NCBI GenBank assembly: GCA_039030515.1
Contig: JBCCEA010000064.1
Span: forward strand, 1-11,238
Direction: 5' to 3'
Length of the DNA stretch: 11,238 nt
Source of the DNA: Myxococcota bacterium
Lineage (GTDB): Bacteria; Myxococcota_A; Polyangia; Polyangiales; Houyiibacteriaceae
Shown: one piece after another, positions 1 through 6,100 of the stretch
Position numbering within the stretch: the stretch's first letter is position 1
Layout of the letters: every line of letters begins with the position of its first letter
The notes under the pieces: generated by a model
Database searches by the model: none
What the model was told of the DNA's origin: nothing
The model's input: the letters and a program-made list of their open reading frames with translations, nothing else
Translations under genes and position numbers: made by a program

Positions 1-2
1 AG

Positions 3-941
3 CCAGGCGACTCGGAGCGGGAAGATCTCGGTGCGGTTCTGGTGACCGGTATTTGCGGGAGACTTGGTAGGCTTCTCACCCGCGTGCTGCATCGTGAGGA
101 ACGGGTTGTAGGCATCGACCGGAGACCTTTTCCGGACAAACCAAAAGACGTAGAGCACTTCCCGATCGATATGCGCCGCAAAAAGATGAGAGACGTCTTT
201 CGGACGAAGGGCATTCGTGCGGTCGTGCATCTGGGTGTACTTCACGACCTTCGGGCGAGCGACAAGATGCACCATTCATGGAACGTGGTGGCTTTTCAGA
301 AGCTGCTCGACTGCCTGGCTCAGTATGACGTGTCCAAGCTGGTCGTACTTTCCAGCGCTGATGTTTATGGGCCGCAGCCGGACAATCCTCAGTTTCTTAG
401 GGAAGAAGCCCCACTACTTGGGGCTCAGGAGTTTGGTGGAATTCGTGATTTGGTCGAGCTGGATATGCTGGCTCAGAGCTTTTTTTGGCGGCATCCGGAG
501 ACCGAGACGGTGATCTTGCGTCCCTGCAATATTCTCGGCCGAGTTCGAAACGCTCCGAGCAACTACCTGCGTTTGGAACGTCCGGTGACCGTGCTCGGGT
601 TCGATCCCATGGTGCAGATGATTCACGAACGCGATGTGGTACGTGCGATTCGAAGCGCCTTAAGACCTGGGATTCGAGGGATTTTCAACCTTCGTGGTCC
701 AGGAGAATTGCCTTTATCACGTGTCTTGCAAAGGGTTGGGTGTCGACCGATCCCGGTCCCTGCTCCGCTCGCAAGCGCAGCCCTGCGGAGACTTTGGAGC
801 CTTCGCTTTACGACATTTCCCGCCCCTCAACTCAACCACATTCGCTATCACTGCATGGTGGACGACTCTCGAGCAAAATCGATGCTTGAGTTCTCGCCGA
901 AGTTCGATCTGGAACAAACATTGGCTGCGATCCGAGGCTGA
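3..941 (+). CDS. NAD-dependent epimerase/dehydratase family protein (extended SDR, UDP-glucose 4-epimerase-like, atypical active site); 5'-truncated
   Basis: The frame is open from base 3 (PGDSEREDLGAVLVTGICGRLG). The GTG at 42 is the internal Val of the Rossmann motif VLVTGxxGxxG, so the true start lies upstream of the window. Other extended-SDR motifs: VVGID, AVVHLG, N(V)V, LVVLSSADVYG, VILRPCNILG, QMIHERDV, GIFNL. Stop TGA at 939-941. Confidence 0.9.
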   Translation, partial: PGDSEREDLGAVLVTGICGRLGRLLTRVLHREERVVGIDRRPFPDKPKDVEHFPIDMRRKKMRDVFRTKGIRAVVHLGVLHDLRASDKMHHSWNVVAFQKLLDCLAQYDVSKLVVLSSADVYGPQPDNPQFLREEAPLLGAQEFGGIRDLVELDMLAQSFFWRHPETETVILRPCNILGRVRNAPSNYLRLERPVTVLGFDPMVQMIHERDVVRAIRSALRPGIRGIFNLRGPGELPLSRVLQRVGCRPIPVPAPLASAALRRLWSLRFTTFPAPQLNHIRYHCMVDDSRAKSMLEFSPKFDLEQTLAAIRG

Positions 942-946
942 CTCCG

Positions 947-1903
947 CTAGCGACAGATGGCGTTGATGCAGTTGCGGTCCGCGCTGCAGTCAGAACGAAC
1001 TGCGCATTCAGCACTCGCTTCCGAGGAAGCGTAGCAAAGGTCATCGGTTCCGCAGATGGTGAGCTGATTGTCAAACATCATACAGTCGCTGTCGTTTCCT
1101 TTGGAGCAAGGGGTTCGACACGCTCCATCTACGCATACATGTAGGTCGGCACAATCACCATCTTTGATGCAGAGCGGTACGGGCTCGTAGGACGGTCGAC
1201 AGAATCCGTCATTCTCGCAAAACTCGTTTGAGCTGCACACGGTTTCCGATGTGCAGTCTGTAAGACATCGCCCACCCACGCAGTACTCATCATCGCTGCA
1301 GTCGTCCGAGAAGCTGCACTCATTGGGATTCGGCTGGCAGTAGCTACCCTGGCAGTTCTGACCGCTCGCACACTCTGTGTCGTTGCTGCAGAACGCCGTA
1401 CAGGCGCTGTTGACGCAGGTGCGGCCTCCCCCGCATTCATAATCGAACTGGCATACCTCAGACTGACTCCGGCATTGAGCCTCTACGCAGACCTCGCTTG
1501 CGCCACAGTCGTCCGATGAGCGACATCCACTTTGCGGCACGCAGGTTTGGTTTTCGTCGCACCAAAAGTTCTCCGTGCAGCTGTCGTCGGTGCTGCAGAC
1601 CTTGGATGCGGTGCAGTTACCCGTAAAGCTCACGTCGGACCCGTCGCAGTATTCGGCGGTCGAGCAGTCCCCGTTGGTTCGGCACGAACCGTCCTCAGGG
1701 GGACGGCATCGGTTGTTCCGGCAAAGGAGCATTCCGGTGCAGTCCAGATCGGAGGCGCACTCGACGCACCTTCCCGACAAGCAAATTGCGCCGCCACATT
1801 CAGAGTCAAACGCGCATTCTTCACTGGTCGACGATCCGTAGATGGGACACCCAGCGAGCCACATGGCTGCGGTGAAACAAAAGAGGCTGAATCGCTTTCG
1901 CAT
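947..1903 (-). CDS. Cys-rich repeat lipoprotein (12 tandem C-x5-C-x4/5-C-x4-C modules, myxobacterial CxxDxDC type)
   Basis: 318-aa ORF. Signal peptide MRKRFSLFCFTAAMW is followed by a canonical lipobox LAG|C19. The mature chain is 12 four-Cys modules (48 Cys). GAGGAG RBS lies 7 nt before the ATG. Confidence 0.88.
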   Translation of the reverse strand: MRKRFSLFCFTAAMWLAGCPIYGSSTSEECAFDSECGGAICLSGRCVECASDLDCTGMLLCRNNRCRPPEDGSCRTNGDCSTAEYCDGSDVSFTGNCTASKVCSTDDSCTENFWCDENQTCVPQSGCRSSDDCGASEVCVEAQCRSQSEVCQFDYECGGGRTCVNSACTAFCSNDTECASGQNCQGSYCQPNPNECSFSDDCSDDEYCVGGRCLTDCTSETVCSSNEFCENDGFCRPSYEPVPLCIKDGDCADLHVCVDGACRTPCSKGNDSDCMMFDNQLTICGTDDLCYASSEASAECAVRSDCSADRNCINAICR

Positions 1904-1910
1904 CGGGGGT

Positions 1911-1916
1911 CTCCTC
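1911..1916 (-). promoter_or_regulatory. Shine-Dalgarno site of the Cys-rich lipoprotein gene
   Basis: Minus strand reads GAGGAG-ACCCCCG-ATG (7-nt spacing). Confidence 0.75.
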
Positions 1917-1940
1917 GCAGAGGTGGGCTAAAGAGCTCTT

Positions 1941-1957
1941 AGCGAGGAGCATGCCAG
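1941..1957 (-). promoter_or_regulatory. Sigma-54 (RpoN) -24/-12 promoter of the Cys-rich lipoprotein gene
   Basis: Minus strand CTGGCATGCTCCTCGCT versus consensus YTGGCACG-N4-TTGCW: exact GG-N10-GC spacing with two mismatches. It sits about 40 nt upstream of the ATG in the correct orientation. Confidence 0.7.
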
Positions 1958-2004
1958 CTCGCTTGAGGACTGAAATGTTACGTATTTGGGGCAAAGTGTC
2001 CAGC

Positions 2005-2046
2005 AGGCGTGACCGTTTGTTCACAGCGTGCACGGAGGCGTGACCG
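2005..2046. promoter_or_regulatory. Candidate upstream activator sites (11-bp direct repeat plus imperfect palindrome)
   Basis: AGGCGTGACCG occurs at 2005-2015 and 2036-2046 (31-bp period), and the imperfect palindrome GTGACCGTTTGTTCAC at 2009-2024. These lie about 75-115 bp upstream of the predicted sigma-54 start site. Confidence 0.4.
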
Positions 2047-2191
2047 GGTAGGGTGTAAGGGTGAACGGTCCCGCCAGAACCCAATCGGCGTGCTCCAGTG
2101 ACCGAGCTCGCCTGGACAAATCCGTGACCCTGACGCGGTCTAAGTTCCGCAAAGCTTGATTTTCTGTCCGCTCCTTGGGCAGATTCCCACC

Positions 2192-3016
2192 GTGCATCTC
2201 CATGTTCACGCCTCGTGGCTTCGAGTCTTGGTGCTCTTCTCGGGCATCTTCATGTCGGTGACCACTGCCGTCGCCGAGGGGGCCCATGACGAGGCGATCA
2301 GCGATGAAGCGCCCGAAAGCGACGAGACGAGCCTCTCTGTCGGTGCAGGTGCGAATCTAAACACCGGCAACACCCAGTCCTGGACCGCCAACGTGGGAAC
2401 CGAGGGGCGTATTGCCCGAGACATGCATGAACTTTCGGTCCTATGGAATTTCAACTACGGCCGGGCAGATGTAGCCGGGGACAACGAAGATGGTTTTGTC
2501 GATACCGTGCGAAACTCGGTTTCCCGGATTCGCTACGATATCTACTTCACCGCGATGGACGCCTCGGTCGTCGGTTTGGTCCATCGTTGGGACACCTTTG
2601 CAGGGCTTGATACGCGACTCTCAGTACAAGGTGGCTACCTGCGCAACTTTTTGAAGAGAGACAAGCTGCGTCTTTGGGCGGAGTCTGGATACGATTTCAC
2701 TTACGATGACTTCACTGCCGTCGGCGATGAAGTGTTGCAGGTAGAGAGCCAGAATGTGCACTCGGCTCGACTCTACTTTGGGTACGACAATGCTTTGAAC
2801 GCGGCTGTTCAGCTGTCCTTGGGAGTCGAAGGGCTGCTGAACGTGGAAGACCTAGAGGATCTCCGCGTCAACGGGAACGCAGCGGTTCGCAGCTCTATTT
2901 CTGAGATTTTTCAGCTTGAGGTAAAGTTTTCGCTTCTTTTCGACAATGTTCCGGTCGAGGGCGCCGAGTCGCTCGATACGACGACCGTGCTCAGTCTGAT
3001 TTGCAATTTGCTGTGA
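2192..3016 (+). CDS. DUF481 / YdiY-family outer-membrane beta-barrel protein
   Basis: Family-typical segments: SVGAGANLNTGNTQS, RWDTFAGLDTRLSVQGGY, and C-terminal LEVKFSLLFDNVPVEGAESLDTTTVLSL, with alternating amphipathic strands. GTG 2192 gives a normal-length Sec signal (..WLRVLVLFSGIFMSVTTAVA|EG). The start is uncertain; the ORF track uses TTG 2156. Stop TGA at 3014-3016. Confidence 0.85.
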   Translation: MHLHVHASWLRVLVLFSGIFMSVTTAVAEGAHDEAISDEAPESDETSLSVGAGANLNTGNTQSWTANVGTEGRIARDMHELSVLWNFNYGRADVAGDNEDGFVDTVRNSVSRIRYDIYFTAMDASVVGLVHRWDTFAGLDTRLSVQGGYLRNFLKRDKLRLWAESGYDFTYDDFTAVGDEVLQVESQNVHSARLYFGYDNALNAAVQLSLGVEGLLNVEDLEDLRVNGNAAVRSSISEIFQLEVKFSLLFDNVPVEGAESLDTTTVLSLICNLL

Positions 3017-3113
3017 GAGCAAGATTGACTTGAGCGCTTTGAGAGCAAGATTGACTTGAGCGCTTTGAGAGCAAGATTGACTTGAGCGCTTTGAGAGCAA
3101 GATTGACTTGAGC
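3014..3113. repeat. Perfect 26-bp tandem repeat, 3.85 copies (TGAGAGCAAGATTGACTTGAGCGCTT)
   Basis: Units at 3014-3039, 3040-3065, 3066-3091 and a 22-nt partial copy at 3092-3113. No mismatches and no spacers. Confidence 0.97.
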
Positions 3114-3148
3114 ATGCCAATCATGACGGCTCAGGTTTCCCGAAGATA

Positions 3149-3174
3149 GCTGACTCAGGTGGCTGACTCAGCGG
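3149..3174. repeat. 13-bp-period duplication GCTGACTCAG(GTG/CGG) overlapping the stop codon of the large gene
   Basis: GCTGACTCAG at 3149-3158 and 3162-3171. The second copy contains the minus-strand TGA stop (3168-3170). Confidence 0.6.
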
Positions 3175-6100
3175 CCTCGCTCCAGCAGCTCTTTTGCCTC
3201 CAGGCATTCGTCCGAGAGCGCTAGTGAGATCACCGACCGCATCGATGGAGATCGATGACAGGCCTCCACAAAGCCGTCATCGGTCCGAATGTCTATGCCG
3301 CTCAATTCGGTGGCGTCCTGACCTAGCGCGAGCAGGGATTGCTGTACATCACCACAGCAGATAAAGCCCGCCCGGCTGGCGATCTTTTCGGACTCCATAC
3401 GCAGCTTCAGGTAGTCGAGCGTCCACTCAGGTTCGCCAAGCAGCGCGCGAAGATCGTTTTGAACGGTGGGAGGAATGGTTTGCCAGAGCTCGCCTATGAG
3501 GTCTGTGCTGGCTTGGCTCTCCGGAAAGGGCGCCGCGTCGTGAGGGCCGAACGCCACCTTCAGAGAGTCCAGTATCACTCTGCTGCGGTGGGGGGCGTAC
3601 GCATGCAGCAGAACAAACTCAGGTCGGGCGCACATCAACGCGCGGGTGATCCTAAAGCGCAGCTGGATCTCGCTTCCTTGGGTGCTCAGTTGTGGGTCTG
3701 CCGCCAGCGAGGCAGGATAGGTAGGCAAGACCTGGAACGCTGCCTGCTCAGACTTCGGGGTGAAGAAACCGATGTCTCCCAAATCGAAGTGGCGCACTGC
3801 CATTGCATAGGCCGATGAGAGCTCCTGGTCTCCTTCTTCGGTCATGCGCTCCTCCTCGCTTAGACCGCATTCCGGCAAAGAGCGTCGAAAGAGCGCATGG
3901 GCGTGGCGCCAAACCAAGGCGAGAGCATCGAACAAGGGTGAGGGTCGACCTATGGCAAGTTTCAGCGGGGATTCGAGATGCTTTGCGAGTGAGCCGCTCG
4001 CCGAAGGTGTGGCTATCCGAGTGTCAAACACGCTTATGAGCGAGGCGGTCACTTGCGCTAGTGGTTCGATGCGCATCTCCTTGGCCGATTGATACAGCAT
4101 TTTTGCCGCGGAACATCGAGATGGGTCTGCGCGTACCACCTGCCGGACCATCTCCACGGCCTCCGGTCGGTCGCTAGGTCTGGACCAAAGTTGCATCGCA
4201 AGCTGTATGGAAGCGTCGAGATCTCCGGCACGGCTGGCCTCGCGGAGGGGTTCTTCTACGGCGCGCTTTTCCAGTTCACTGGGTGTTCCCCTTACGAGAG
4301 GGATCGAGGCCAATCGCTGGGTTGTGGGCGCTGGGTTCTGCGAGGAGTGGTCTGCTTTTTTGGGCGGCATCGAGGACGGTGACCACCACTGCCGCCGAGT
4401 CTTCGTAGTCTCGACGTGCGCCGGATCCGTCCCTTGCGCATAGAGCGCTTCCATTTCTGTTTTTCCGTGCCCTGATGGTGACTCCTCTACCTGGGAGAGC
4501 GCTTCTCCCTCTTGACCCAGAAGAGGCGGAGCATCGGACTTACTGGTTTGAAAGGGCTCCTGCCGAACTGCGTGGGGCTGTTCGGCACGGGAAGGCTCGG
4601 GTTGAGAGGAGTCCAGAGAATCGGAGGTCGCGGCACCTGGCTTCGCGGTGTTCCAGGCGTCGTGCGGTGCGCCTGCTAAGGGTTGGCGCTCCTGCTGAAG
4701 CCTTTCGAGTCGCTCACCCCATTGAGGTGCATGTTCGTGCTCGGGAGCGCGATGCAGGGCATCGACGAGCGCTGCGATACTCGCGTCGTAAAACCGAACT
4801 TGATGCAACCAACCTGAAAGTTGAACCTTAAGTTCAGCGAGTGCGAGGTTGGATGCACCCTCTACTTCGGTCGCCTGCTCGATGGTTTTTGAGGCCTGCT
4901 CGAAGTCGCCGAGATCTTCTGCTTGAATCGCGGCCACCTGAGACAGACAACTGAGCTTGTAGTCTGCGTGCCAGTTGGCTTCCGCTTCGTGTTCCAGTCG
5001 GGTCACGATTTGATTTAGCGCGTCGATCCCCGTATCGGGATTGCGCTCACAAATTCGAAGTGCGGTCTTGCGCAAGTGACCGACGACTTCATTTTTACCG
5101 GTGGTGCGCCACGCTTCGTTCAAAAGTCCAAAGGCTCGATCCGGCTGTTCCAGTGCCGTATCGGCGATGTCTGCAGCTTTGTATACGCGCTGCAATCGAA
5201 GGTCGACCTGGTTGGTGCTTTTGGCTAGTCTCGTGTACGCCGACAGGAGCGCTTCCCAGTCGCCGAGCTGTTTTGCAAGTCGCTCCAGTCCGTGTAGGAC
5301 TGCTCCTGAACTGGGGTCGGTTTCAAAGCTCGCTTTGAACGAGGCGAGGGCGGGTCGGAGATGGTTTGCGCGCTCTAGCCAACGGGCCTGGCGATAAAGC
5401 AGCGCCCGACGTCCATGCGTGCCCGCTGCCTGCTCCAACAGTTGTTCATAGGTCTCGAGTGCAAGCGCCACGTTGTCGGTGCTGAGTGCCAAACGTTCAA
5501 AATCTAAGAGTAGCCTGCCGCTGTGCGACGCATAGGTGAGCCCTTCGATCGCGGTGTTTAGGGCCAACACTGGATCGGCTAGGTCCGCCTCTGCGATGGC
5601 CACCGCTTGAAGGCAGAGCTCCTCTCGCTCGCTCGTGTCGATGGAGACGGCACGATGCAGGAGCGTCGCAATCGCCTCCTCACCCCGATCGAGTGCGATC
5701 AGCGCGCCAGCCGCCCTTTGGGCCTGTCTTGTGGTGGGTCCCAGCTCGACCAGTTCATGGATGTAGCTTGCGGCGCGATCCACGTCTGCAAGGTGATGTG
5801 CTGCCGCGTCTGCCATCAAGAGAAGTATGTCTTCTTGCTCCTCCTCGGTTTCCATGAGGCTCTGGCGCAACGCCAAGACCGCCATCAGACGTTCCCCTTC
5901 GCCTGCACTCGCGTAGAGCTCGGTGAGTCGTGCGAGTGTCTCTCGATCCCGAGGCGTGCATGCCAAAGCCCGCAGGAGACTCCGTACCTCAGCGGCAGGA
6001 TCCCCGTTTGATCTGTAAAAGACAGCGAGCTCCTGCAGCAGCTTTGGCCTGTTGCGCTCGGTGCTCCAAGCGATTCGACGTTCGAACGCCGCGCGTCTCG

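Noticed and set aside
42..44. GTG start of the SDR as given in the ORF track
   Set aside because: It lies inside the first Rossmann beta-strand (AVLVTG), and the frame is open to the window edge.
942..946. Terminator between the convergent SDR and lipoprotein genes
   Set aside because: The gap is only 5 bp and no hairpin with a U-tract is visible.
1988..2157. c-di-GMP-I or cobalamin riboswitch (fragments GGGCAAA, GGTCTAAG, GCAAAGC, CGGTCCCGCCA)
   Set aside because: The fragments are in the wrong order or spacing, and core elements (GAAA tetraloop stem; GGGAA and ACTGT boxes) are missing.
3014..3113. CRISPR array (26-bp repeats)
   Set aside because: Units are head-to-tail with no spacers, and there are no cas genes or leader in the window.
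3100..3120. Second sigma-54 promoter on the minus strand (TTGGCATGCTCAAGTC), or GAGCATGCCA at 1947-1956 and 3110-3119 as a target-site duplication flanking the DUF481 gene
   Set aside because: There is no GC at the -12 position. No mobility gene or terminal inverted repeats are present, and a single shared 10-mer is plausible by chance.
2852..3124. Small minus-strand ORFs with repeated peptides (SQSCSQSAQVNLALKALKSILLS)
   Set aside because: They are translations of the 26-bp repeat (not a multiple of 3) and run antisense to the DUF481 gene.
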